This document shows positions 40,146-52,900 of a DNA stretch of 64,000 nt, one piece after another. The first letter of the stretch is position 1, and each line of letters begins with the position of its first letter. The notes under the pieces are model-generated. The model was not told where the DNA came from. It saw only the letters and a program-made list of their open reading frames with translations, and made no database searches. The translations under genes and the position numbers were made by a program. The DNA comes from Geosiphon pyriformis uo1 (Eukaryota; Fungi; Glomeromycota), in assembly GCA_016748015.1 (NCBI GenBank), contig JAAOMT010000648.1, positions 1 to 64,000 of the forward strand, read 5' to 3'.

Positions 40146-43100
40146 GTGGCGACCACACCAGACACAGCAACTCTAAAGTATTACCAGTCAATTTACACAC
40201 ACTGCAAGCAAAGATTCAACATTCCAGATGGAATTGAAGTTGTCAAAAAATCAGTCTACCAATATATTGAAAACTGCATCAACAATTATCTTTTTGGAAA
40301 CTACAACATTTCAGAAGTTAGAAGCAACCTCTACAATAATTTAGCACACTATTCACAACCAGGAACAGAAGACCTGAACAGTAAAATACTTGCTACCTAC
40401 TTCCAAGAACTTAATTTTAACATTATTGAATATTGTGAAGAAAAATACCCAGTACAGTCTAAATACTCTTTTGACTTTGAATCAGAGACAGAAACAAGCA
40501 ACAAAGGCAAACAAAAATTGAAGCAATACTCAAAAACCATTCCAAATACTCCAATACTACCAAAAACAACTGCCAAACACTTACAAACACCTAAACAAGG
40601 AACTAGTTCAAAACTTCTACTTACTATCACACCTTTTCCAGCTTTACTTGCACAAGCACAAACATCTAATTCACCCTTAAATTGATTTACAAGACTAGAA
40701 GATTTTACATCACCCAGAAGTCCCACCAGACAACAAGAACCCCTTCAAACTAGTTCCAATCTCCTTGACTTTCTAGCTGAAAATCGAAGTGAACACTTTG
40801 AGACAGCAGTGAACGAAGAAAATGACTCTGAAATATCTGAAGAAGAATCAATAGACAGTGAAAATGAAGAAGACGAAATGACAGCATATATTGCAAAAAT
40901 CTTTGAATTCAATAGAGAAGACATTAAGACCAGTCCCCAAAAATGGCTCAACCAAGTTACTAAAGCTGGAGATGCAAATGGATGGAATGCTGCCAGAATG
41001 TTAAGAACAATTTCCTACTTTCTCAAAAGAACAGCAGGTGAATGGTTCGAAAACTTGACCACTCCTTTTAATGACTGGACAGCTTTCAAAACTGTCTTCT
41101 TAGAACAATTTACCGATAACAACACCTCAATCACTCTTCGAAATTGTTTTCACAATATCAAACAAGAACCCTCCGAATCTGTTATGACTTATATTGGGAA
41201 ATTCAACAAACTTCTCAGACAAATTTGCCAACTTAAAACTAATGATTATTATTCTGATGCTCAAATCTTGGATCAATTTATTGCTGGTTTAAAGAATAAG
41301 CTGATTAAAAAGGTTTGCCCACATGCCCCAGAAGATTTAAACTCTGCCATTTAGCATGCAAAGAGATATGAAATGGCCATGAAAGAAGCCAATCGTACAA
41401 AACTCGTGAACTTAGCCATTGGAGAAACCAGCTCAGCAGCTGAAAAAAAAATTGACCAACTTGCAAAGAAAGTCAAAAACTATTTCACCAACCAACAACA
41501 ACAGCAACCCCAAAGATATCAACCATCCCAAAGACGGAATCAAAACAACTTCACATTACCCTCTAATAACCAGTCTCAGAGTTGCCATTACTATGGAATT
41601 TTTGGCCACTGGAAAAAAGATTGCAGAAAGCTACAACAAAACCAACAAAATAGGAGTAATCAACATTACCTTCCACCACAGCAATCTTATTATCAACTGC
41701 CACCACTAGCTTATCATCCACCAAGACCCCAATATCAAAGTAACTATTATTAGCCTGCCCCACAGCCAATTCAATAGCAATACCAACAACCACCCACACA
41801 ACATTATCAGGTGCCTGTTTGAAGATTAATTCTGCAAAATCAATTTACACCACAAAACCGATACCAAGTAAACAACAATAGAATCAATTCAAACAACCAA
41901 TTGGTTTTTCGAAATCCAGCTCAGCCAAGACCCACCCATTATCATACTCAACCTAGCTATCTTACAATATCTGAAGAACAAGATTTTTACCATACTGCAC
42001 TCTCGGAAGGTAAAGCTGCAGCATGACAACAAAGCTCTTTCTATACTCCTACCACAATCCCATTAGCCAGAATTGCTGAAAATGCCAACCTTTCAGACAT
42101 ATTCTTTTTCAAATTTGAAGCAAATGAATCACTATTCTTGCTTAGCAATGCAGCGGCTAATGAACAAAAAGCAATCATGGCTATGTACACTGAAGCAGAA
42201 GTTGAAGAAAAGACAATTCGCTTGATCCTAGACAATAGATTTGCTGGAAGCATTATCACCTACCAGTTAATGCAACAGTTAAAGAGAAATGTCGACCAAC
42301 CAGCTCAAACAGTAATTGTTACTGCCGATGGCATGAAAAAGACTCCAGTAAGAGAAATTGACAATTTTCTGTTCATTCTTGATGGAATCATCATTCTAGT
42401 CAAAGTTCTTGTAATGGACACACTCCAGTATCAAGCCCTTGTCGAAAATAATTGGCTCCAAAAAGCCAATGCAAAATTAGACTGGGAAACCCAAGAATTA
42501 CAACTCTCCTATCAAGGACAACATACCCGAGTACCCACTACTTGTGGTACATTCAACAAATGCTCTGAAAAAGCCCCAGCTTTTGAATTCGAACCAAAAG
42601 AAGAAAAACCAATAATCAAAACATTCATGGCTCTTGGATCAATGTCCAATTGGGCTGACAAAACTGAACAAGAACATTTTACACCATACTCTAAACCCGA
42701 AACCTCTGGATGAAATATCCCTTACTCAAAGTCTGAACCAAAAAAACAACGCCCTTACATTCCCCTTAAATGTAAGGACTGCCACAAGAAACTATCATCA
42801 ATGGGAGTCTGCATTTCACCTGAAAAAGAATATAAAAATCATACTTGTTACTACTACAAGGCTTGCCACAGAGAACAATGGGGCCATCTAATAAAAAGAA
42901 GTGGAAAATGGGACAACACTCCTTGTTTAACTTGTGGAGATATACTACTAGAAAAATACAATTAGATTGATGTAGCAATGAGAGAAGGAGTCTGTGATCA
43001 AATCTGCCAATATGCTTTATTAATTTCAGAAAAAGTCAAAGGAGGAACACCCTTTGATGCAGCATACAAAAGTGTTCTCAACAAACTGTACCATTACCCT

Positions 43101-46100
43101 CATGATGCTGAAATAATTTTTGACCTAGCAATGGCTTTAATCAACAGAGGCACTTAAGAAAATGTTCATTAAATGAAAGAATCAGAATACATTGCATACA
43201 CTTTTGAAATCACTGGATACAACTATGAAAATAAAATAGAAGTATATCACCAAATTGCCAGTCACACTTACCCGACCAAAGAAGCTCAAACTCAATGGCT
43301 AGAGCAAATGAATGTTAAATTGTGTGAAGAATGCATAATGCCCTGCGATGAGTAATGGTGCCCTGAATGCTATGCTCTTAGCATTCCCCTGCCCAGTAAA
43401 AACAATGAAAACAAAATTGAATTTGAAGAACTTGAAGCAACAGAAGAAATTGAAACAACACCCATCTATCTTATCAAAAGTCAGCCTGTCTTACAACTCA
43501 AATACTTTAACAACAACGGACAAGAAATAAAACCCGAAAAAGCACATGAAATTGATGCTGGATATGACCTAAGATATCTAGACAAGGATATTCTTGTTCT
43601 TAAACCCAAATCTCTCACAAAAATTAACCTCAAAATTGCACTCAAAATCCTGCCAGAAGCAATGGTTCAAATCACTTTCCGGTCCTCTCTGGCAAGCAAA
43701 AGAATCAATGTCAGAAGAGGAATAATCAATGCTAGATATACAGAAGATATTACAGTGATGTTTCAAAATGAAACTGACAAACCATTCAAAATCAAATATG
43801 CTGAAAAAATTGCCCAAGCTATTTACCTACTCCTAATCAACATTTCGGGTTTGCAACTAGTCAATCAAAGAGAACAATTAGGAAAAAGCGATAGAGGAAC
43901 CCAAGATTTTGGTTCAACTGAATGATTCACAGTTCCAGTTAATATAGCTTTTAACACACAGAACAAATCTCACCAGATTCTCAGACTTCCACAATCAATT
44001 ACCATCTCACCCTTTGAAGAACATCCGGAAATCTACACCTGCCCAAAGCCAACAACCACACAACAAATTTTCAAGTCCAATGAACAAGTCTGCTTGAAAC
44101 ATAATATTTTGATCCTAAACATTTATATTCCAGAAAGAACAAAGAAAGTCTGAGTTACTTTTTACAATCCCAACAATTATCCCATAGTTCTATTAAATAA
44201 CTTAGAAATTGGAGTCATTCACAGTAACATCTTTCAACAAGAACTACCCCAAACAGTCCCCAATTTTTCGGAAATCATTGGACATTCACTACCAAAAATC
44301 AACCCAAACCCTAGCTCTGAAAACTATCATGTTGTTATGGAAAAATTATCTCGAATCAACATGGGACAACTTGAACCACAACAACAGAGCCAGCTCAAAG
44401 AGCTAATTGCAGAATTTGCTAATATCTTTGCTGAAAACAACAATGACTTAGGAAGAACCAATTTGGTCCAACACCAAATTTATACAGGAGATGCCAAACC
44501 AAGAAGACAACAAGCATATTGAGTTGCTCCAGAAAGCCACCAATTCATTCAAAAAGAAGTACAACAAATGCTTAACAACGGGTTCATCCAACCCTCCATG
44601 AGTCTTTGGGCTTTACTTGTAGTGCTAGTTAAAAAGAAAAATAGAAAGATACGATTTTGTGTTGACTACCGACAACTCAATAGTGTTACAATTGGAGATG
44701 CCTACCTCCTTCCCTGAATTGATGACATGTTAGATGCCCTTGGAAAATCCAAATACTTTTCAACACTAGATTTAGAAAGCGGTTACTGACAAGTTGCTAT
44801 GGATCCCAAAGATCGCCCCAAAACAGCATTCACCACCCAAGGTGGAAATTACAAGTTCAATGTAATGCCTTTCAGATTATGCAATGCACCAGCAACGTTT
44901 CAGAGATTAATGAATATTGTGTACTAAGGACTTCTTTGAAAGTCAGTAGTCGTTTATCTTGATGATACTGATGTTTATTCTCTATCATTTGAATTACACT
45001 TAAAACACCTGTGAGAAGTTTTTCAATGATTACAAAAAGCAGGACTAAAACTCAACATCAAAAAATGCTACTTTGAAAAAACAAGCTTGGCCTTCCTTGG
45101 TCATATTGTTAATAAAGATGGAATCAAACCAGACCCTGGAAAAATCAGTGCTGTCAAAAACTTCAAAACTCCTCGAAACACTACAGAACTAAGAGGATTC
45201 ATAGGATTAGCCTCCTACTATCGGAAGTTTATTAAAAGATTCTCAGAAATCACAAAACCTCTCAACCAGCTTACCACCAAAAACATCAAATATGAATGGA
45301 CTGCTGAATGCCAAAATGTATTTGAAATCCTCAAAGAAAAACTAATGACAGCTCCAATTCTTGCCTATTCAGATTTCAGTAACTGATTCTGATTAGCAAC
45401 AGATGCCTCTTATACTGCCTTTGGTGCTATTCTATCACAATTGGATGACAATGGAAATAAACGAGTAATCGCCTATGCAAGCAGAACATTAAAACTAGCT
45501 GAGAAAAATTATCCTGCCACAGAACTAGAAACAGCAGCCATAATCTGGGCCCTACACCACTTCAACTTTTATCTCAGANNNNNNNNNNNNNNNNNNNNTA
45601 TTAAAAGATTCTCAGAAATCACAAAACCTCTCAACCAGCTTACCACCAAAAACATCAAATATGAATGGACTGCTGAATGCCAAAATGTATTTGAAATCCT
45701 CAAAGAAAAACTAATGACAGCTCCAATTCTTGCCTATTCAGATTTCAGTAACTGATTCTGATTAGCAACAGATGCCTCTTATACTGCCTTTGGTGCTATT
45801 CTATCACAATTGGATGACAATGGAAATAAACGAGTAATCGCCTATGCAAGCAGAACATTAAAACTAGCTGAGAAAAATTATCCTGCCACAGAACTAGAAA
45901 CAGCAGCCATAATCTGGGCCCTACACCACTTCAACTTTTATCTCAGACCTAAAAAATTCGATATTATTACTGATAATATTGGACTCAAATGGCTTCAGAA
46001 CAAAAATACTCAGCTGAACGCAAAACAAACCCAATGAACAGGATTTCTAGCAAACTATCGATACATAGTACATCACAAACCACAAAAACTCTACACCAAT

Positions 46101-46133
46101 GTTGACTGTCTCTCCAGAATGAGACAAGATTAG
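40146..46133 (+). pseudogene. C ORF1: extended Gag, PR, Cys-rich domain, dUTPase, RT, RNase H in one frame
   Basis: All ORF-track fragments from 40146 to 45810 share one frame, broken only by point nonsense codons; DAGYDL, RSSLA, IAQAI, RGTQDFGST; VVYLDD; ATDAS..ELE. Confidence 0.92.
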
Positions 46134-46184
46134 AAAACACAAAAACCAACACTCAACTTAACCAACCAAAACAGCCAACAAACA

Positions 46185-47564
46185 ATGAATTCGGAAAACT
46201 ACAACAATCTCAAACAATATTTGGAAACATTAACAATCTCAACAGATTGGTCTCCAGATGAAAAACATCAATTACAACAACAAGCCAAACAATATTTTCT
46301 ACATAACAACATTATTTATCATCGAAATTTCAAAAACCCAGACAAACCACTCAGATTAATACAAGAACAGGAAAAAGAGACTATATTATACAACATGCAC
46401 TCAGATCCTTCATCAGCACACTTTGGAAAAGACAGCACCACCCAAAGAACACTAAAATACTACTTTTGGCCTCGAATGAGAAAAGACATTCATGAATATG
46501 TCGAATTTTGTGATAGTTGTCAAAGAAGAGGAGAAAAACACTCTACTAAACCATTAAATCCAATCAAAGTTGGACAACCCTTCAACTGAATTGGTATTGA
46601 TTTAGTCGAACCACTATCTATTACCACTCAAGGAAACTGTTATATTGCAGTAGCTGTAGACTATCTTACTAAATGGCCCGAAGCCAGAGCCATTCAACAA
46701 GCAGATGTGAAATCAGTAGCAAATTTCATCTATAAAAACATCATTTGTAAACATGGATGTCCAATTAAACTTTTATCCGATCAGGGAACACACTTTGTGA
46801 ACAACCTGATACAAGAAATTTGTGAATGATTCAATGTCAAAAGACCTTTGTCTTTGCCTTACCATCCACAAACAAATAGACTTGTGAAACATTTTAACAG
46901 AACATTGTGTGAGTCATTAGCCAAAGTCTCAACCAATTTTGAGCAAAAGTGGGATATCTTTATTCCATCAGTATTACTAGCATATAAAACACTAAAACAA
47001 GATACCACAAAACACACATTATTTGATTTAACTTATAGAAGGACATTACCAATTAGTTTTACAGTGAAAACATACTCAGCACAACCAATTAATAAAAACA
47101 ATTTTCAGGAAACACTACAATGAAGAGCCTATACTCTGCTTAGCACATTGGAAGAAAAATGACGAATAGCAGCAACTCATATTGAACATTCTCAAGCTCA
47201 ACAAAAAGAAAAACATGACAACAAATTACCACCTATTACCAACGAATTTAAAGTTGGAAATAAAGTTCTCTTACACAGAACTAAAGCTGAAAAACAATGG
47301 AGTGGAAAATTTGAAAATAAATGAGATGGACCATTCTTTATCCATGAAATTCTAGGCAACGGATCATACAAGCTAAGACTTGATGACAAAATCCTAGCAA
47401 AAGTTGCACATGGAAATTGTTTGAAACACTATAATTCCAGAAACAATCCTGAACCATTAATTCCACAAATTGGCACACATTCCTCTTTAATCAATCCCGA
47501 AGATATTCCCCAGAATTTAAAACCAATAGTTGTCATTAAACAACCTCCCAACTTGAACACTTAA
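46185..47564 (+). pseudogene. C integrase ORF with its own ATG, 459 aa, no chromodomain
   Basis: H..AHFG..CDSCQ, GIDLV, SDQG, YHPQTN, DGPF. Confidence 0.9.
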
Positions 47565-47686
47565 TTTAAATTTATTATTATAGTTATCTTCTTATAATTT
47601 AGAAACAATCTCACAAAAACAAAACAAAAATAACATAAAAACTCATACACCAAAAATAATTTTCTTTTATTTTCAAATCTCTTAGA

Positions 47687-48394
47687 ATGACTATTCCTCA
47701 AAACATTTAACAATTAGTCCAAAAACTAATGTTAGCTTTAAAAACAATACCTGAATTATCTATTACTATTACTAGAAACCACATTAATTATACCCAAACA
47801 GAAGTAGTCACAAATTCACGAAAATATCACCCATATAAGAAGAACACAAGAAGTTATTCTGAAATTCACCTGCCAGAACTTTTAAAGCTTGCTTTAAGAG
47901 AAAACTTAATGCTCACTCCTATTAGTATTCCACCAAATACTACTATTCAACAAAAACTTCAACTGTGTATTAATGAAGAAAACTATGACTATACTCCAAT
48001 ATATAGATATTTCTACATTGGAAAAACACTTCATGAATGAAAACGAGAGCTTACAGCAGCAAACCTCACAAAAGAAGCTATTCAGAAACAACTCCACAAT
48101 GAATTCAAGACAACAGCTGGACCTACAAACAGTCATTATAAACTAAGAGCTGTTCTTAGACTTTATGACTTATTCCACACCTGTGAAAACGTCCTACAAA
48201 ACCCAATTTTACAGCCTTTGAAGATTCAATATATTGGAAAGCTTACAGAACTGAAATTTCAACAATTTTCAAACCAAATTTCTTCAATAATTTTGGATTA
48301 TTATCTGGAAATTACAGACAGTACTTGGACTTTGATGGAGCTCAGTCTTGAGGAGGAGGTTATGTTACCAGACGAAATTAGAGATATTGTTTAG
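47687..48394 (+). pseudogene. C ORF3 (env-position accessory ORF, 235 codons, two nonsense mutations)
   Basis: ATG 47687, same frame through to ELSLEEEVMLPDEIRDIV* inside the 3' LTR; homologous to A ORF3. Confidence 0.78.
48350..48359 (+). promoter_or_regulatory. Polypurine tract of C
   Basis: GAGGAGGAGG three nt before the 3' LTR. Confidence 0.8.
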
Positions 48395-49114
48395 CATGAA
48401 ATTACCCTTATAAATCTTATCATTAGTTAGCATATATTATCGTTTCAAATTATCACTTATTACATTAGCAAAATATATCCAAAATTATCATTTAATTAAT
48501 AACCCAATTTGTACATAACACAAATGTATCCTAATTGCAATGATCAATCATGCAATACCCTGAACTATGTAACATTCAAAAAGTTTGCCAAAATTTGTAG
48601 AAATTTGCCGAAATAATTGATNNNNNNNNNNNNNNNNNNNNNNNNNNNNNNNNNNNNNATTCCTACTAACAGTTTGAAATTGACTAGCTACCAATTTCAG
48701 TAAACTGTTAAAGCACTTCCAGGCCTGAATAGAAAACGTTTTCCTTGATAAAATCCTATTTCTTTTATATTTCTTTTATTTTTCTTTTATTTTCTTATTA
48801 CAATTATTAGGATAGCCTACAGACGAGATTCCTGTAGAAGAGTTGATTTTCACAGCAAAGTAACTACACATTTTTAGTAAGCTTCCAGACAAGCAATTCT
48901 TGGGAAAGAGTTGACGTTTACTACAATGTAACTACATAAAGTAACTGGCAAAGAATTGGCCATTCCACTTATAAGTCCAGCAGTTCAAATTATAGGAGAT
49001 AATTTGAAAATAAATTCAGTTATCAGAGGTTTAAACACTTCTCATAATCGTGAATTAACAGCATTACAACAAACATACAAGAGCTAAGAAGAGACCAAAA
49101 AACCTCCAGTAACA
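48363..49114 (+). repeat. 3' LTR of C (contains assembly gap 48622-48658)
   Basis: Repeat of 39128-40100. Confidence 0.92.
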
Positions 49115-49252
49115 CCAGTGAGGAAAAATAAACAACTTGCAAATTAAAAATATAAGAAACAGAGTTGAACAAACAATATTAGAAAAAAAAGTCATAGATC
49201 TAATTTAAAATGAAAATTTCAATAAAGCTCAATATTAAAAAAAAGAAGATAA

Positions 49253-49991
49253 TATTACTTATAGAAAAAGTATACAAGAAAATAGTAGAAAAAACAGATA
49301 GACCAATAAGATAATAGTAGCTAATATGTGAGCACATTGCTTGAGAAATTATAGCACATTGTTCAGGAATGTGAACAATCTCATAGAACCCAAATTAAGT
49401 ATATATAACAAGAGCATTAGAAGCAGAAAAGACAGAATTGATACCAAGATCTCCTTATTAAAACATCTTAGTTAGAATCATCAATATCAATAAATAATTA
49501 TTCATTATATAAATTACTCTCTTCACTATTAACACTTCATGTTAATAGTATCCAATACTTGATTACACTGAAACAATAATTCTTGATCATGGCTATTGAT
49601 GAGATACTAACTTTTTTGCCTTGGCTTATTGTTTTTATTTTTTATTTTTTTATTTTTTTATTTTTTTTGTTGTTAATTTACTAATTGATTAAAAAATTAA
49701 TGCACAGAGTATTGACATCAGAATATAGTACTGATAAAAGACTCAGGAATAAGAGTAGACACTCATAATTGAAGATAGCTTACCAAGAGATTGCTGGCCA
49801 CCATGCCAAGAAAAAAATTGATGGAATTGTAATTCTAGAAAATAATGAATAACAACAAACAACTATTGAATCTCTGTCTATTATATAAAGAACTCCACCA
49901 AAATTTTCAGATATTACCAACTATTTTAGTGATTAAGCACCAAGTTACAGATGTATTATTTGATTTGAGACTTCAAATATTATCTGTAACA
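49253..49991 (+). repeat. 3' LTR of B
   Basis: TATTAC..TGTAACA; aligns with 29421-30221; decayed purine tract upstream. Confidence 0.88.
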
Positions 49992-52900
49992 ATATCATTT
50001 CAGCAGAATTAGCACTCTTTAAGAACTTATTTGTGTAAATCTTAATATAATTAGACCAAATCTTTATTAGATTATTATAAACATCAGAGAATGTCTCAAA
50101 TTCTAATACATTTAGCACCAACAATTCAGAAGTATTAGCAAACTTAATCTTTAAAAAAACATACTTATTCATAAACTCAGCTGCCAGAGTAAACCAATAA
50201 AATACAGAGTTTCTTGGATCCAATCTCTTCTACCATCAAAATGTTTTCCAGTTCATCACCTTTCCTTTTTTGTTCAAAAGTCTATCACCAAAAGCAACAC
50301 TAAATCACTTCAAAAAAAGAACAGAATTGTAATATAAGGAACATTTTAAGATGTCAGACATCAGAAATCTGTCAGATCCATAAAAAACACTAGGCAAATT
50401 GTTTATTAAAAATAGCTTATTTTCCATAAAGATTTTTACTACACCAGCCAAAAAATTATTCACCAAACTAACCCACAACTTAACAAAAATACTGTAAAAG
50501 ATTCAAAAAAAACCATTCCAGAACTTGTAAATCCAAAAATCTATGTTCAAATAAACATCCAAAAATGCCATAAGCATTGAAAAAAAAAACCAGTGAGACC
50601 AACTTTCTTTCAAATTGCATTTGCTCAAAAGGTTTTAAACCATACAAAGAAGAATGATACAAAACTTTACTGAAAAAATCATATGGCAAACCAACCCTAA
50701 ATTTAAGACTTTTTCTAATTATAATGTCCTACTTGTGACACAAACTTGATGAAACAAAACTAAACTGCATCTGATAGCTAACTATGAGCTAAAAAACATC
50801 TGAAACCAAGTAAGAAAATTGTTTATCTGTAATAGCTTTTTTAAGCACCACATTAAAGAAAAATTAACATTTATATAAGCTTAAGCCAAATTAGGCTTAG
50901 AGAAACTCTCTGTAAACAAAAAAATGCTCAAGTATCTGTGTAATTTACTCTGTTTAGCAATTGAAATTGGCAAATTATTAATCAAAAGTGAGGTGGTCTT
51001 GACACTCTAATTGATAAAAATAGTTACTGTCTTATTATTATTAATGGAAATGTTATTAATAACAAAAAACTTATTGGTAATATCTAAAATGTTCTGTATG
51101 AAAGTTTGACAGCTCTCAACCCAAATTGTGTTATCAACAAAAACACCAGCAGCCAAAAAAAAAGTTTTCCCTTTAATAACCTCAACTTTGCCAGTTTTTG
51201 TCACAAACTTTATATTAATACAGTAATTACATAAGTGTTTATGTCTCTTAACTTCACACAAAAGCAAATCATAGAATATTTGCTAAAGAAGAGAAAAAAA
51301 AATCTTATCTTAATCTAAATTATTACGATCTTATAACTATTTAAGAATCTAAAATCTGTTATTATTTTGTTGATCTAATCCTTATGAATACTACCAAAAA
51401 ACTTGATAAACTAATTGCATATCTTAATACAGTGCAAATTAATCTTCAAATAATGCTAATCTACTGAATTATAAGCTTTGTACATGTTCTATAACACCAA
51501 TCAAAGTTTTCTATTCTTCTTTAAAGCATTCTCAACAATTAAACCAACAGCAAAAATAGGAGACTAAGTCAAAGTATTTTTCAATACCAAAAAATTATCA
51601 CCACAAAAAACATTAAATCTGCTACATGCTAACAATATTCAATTAGAAAAAATCTTAAACAAGATTTTTTAGGTAGTTTCAATCAGTACAATAGGCCTAG
51701 TATTGGTTAAGACATTATTCCATTTATAAAGTTTTGAGATCATTGAAACTCATGTTCTCTTTCAAGGAATTGGAATTGCATCCAAAATTAAGCATAAATT
51801 CAATAACTTTAAAAGACAAGCCAACATTTTATTACTATAGTGCTTCTAAAGTTCATTAGGTATCTCTAATAATCTGACAGTTTTATTGATTGACAAATCA
51901 TTAATAACCAAAAACAGCTCTTTTATATCAATTTTCTTTATCATACCAGAAAAAACATTATCATTAACATAATCCAAAGGCATATATTAATAAGACTAAA
52001 GATCAGACATTTTTGGAAGCACTGTCTGCTTCCTTGTTTACTTTTTTATAATCTCATCTACTTTAAGCTTTACCTTATCAGACTTGATTATCAACTTATC
52101 TTCAACTATCAAGTAATCCAAAACAATCTTGCAAAATAGATATTTAAGAATACTTTTGATCATTTGCCCCTTGTCAAAACAAAAATTTTCTATGTATTGG
52201 TCAATTACTTTCCTAATGGCTGTATTTTTAGATGTTTTTAACTTAAAATACTTGGATTTCTGATACTTTTTTCTAATTATTGACAAGTGTTTGACCAGAT
52301 CTATTAAACTTACATCAATCAGAATCATGTTAGCAATCTTAGATGCCTCAACTTTATCAATATCCAACCAAATTCTAATAAGACAGTTAAAATCTAGAAG
52401 ATCTTCAAAATTCCAAACTTTTACAATTTTTACAATAAGTAGCTTCAATTTAAAAATTTTTGAAGATTGTTTGTTTTTCAAACAATCATATTTACTATAT
52501 CAATCTCTAAAAAACACCACATTAGTAGCTTATATTATAATATTTTTTAGCATTATCCACATTGTATTCAAATTACCATTGTTTTTTGCATTTTCAAATA
52601 TGTTTAACTTTATTAATAACTCAGCAAAAAATCACTTTTTAAAATGCAATCAATGAATTTCATCTGCATTTCTCAACTTGAATTTTTACTGGTTTCAATT
52701 GGTTTGTTTGCAAACACTATTAAGATAAGTATTTAAGAGTTTTTTCAACTTAATTACAACCAAAACTGCCTTATAATCTGTATCAAAAAACTCTGACACA
52801 TTATCAACTTTATGCAATATAATTGTAAATACCAATTTTTCACTTACAAAAACAAAATCTAGTACCTTTTTAATGCTGTTACCAGAAGATTTTTACACTT

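Larger units (their letters stand above)
39128..49114 (+). mobile_element. Ty3/Gypsy element C (related to A), nested in the 3' region of B; best preserved copy
   Basis: LTRs 39128-40100 and 48363-49114, CCAG TSD, PBS, PPT. Confidence 0.95.
29421..49991 (+). mobile_element. Ty3/Gypsy element B (older, different family), hosting a solo LTR and element C
   Basis: LTRs 29421-30221 and 49253-49991, ATAT on both flanks, decayed PBS TAGTGCTCC, Gag-PR-dUTPase-RT-RH-IN relics. Confidence 0.85.

Noticed and set aside
43500-43925. dUTPase as a direct counter-defence to the C>T hypermutation
   Set aside because: dUTPase limits dUTP incorporation and would not prevent deamination of integrated DNA; no evidence of a link
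45230-45947. Apparent tandem duplication of the RT/RNase H segment in C
   Set aside because: Identical 349-bp copies flank a 20-N gap; an unmerged scaffold overlap, not biology
46155-46185. CTTAAC..CAG as a branch point/acceptor fusing RH to IN
   Set aside because: Acceptor phase differs between A and C, there is no pyrimidine tract or nearby donor; unsupported without RNA data
48622-48658. 3' LTR of C shorter than 5' LTR
   Set aside because: The missing ~0.27 kb coincides with an N gap
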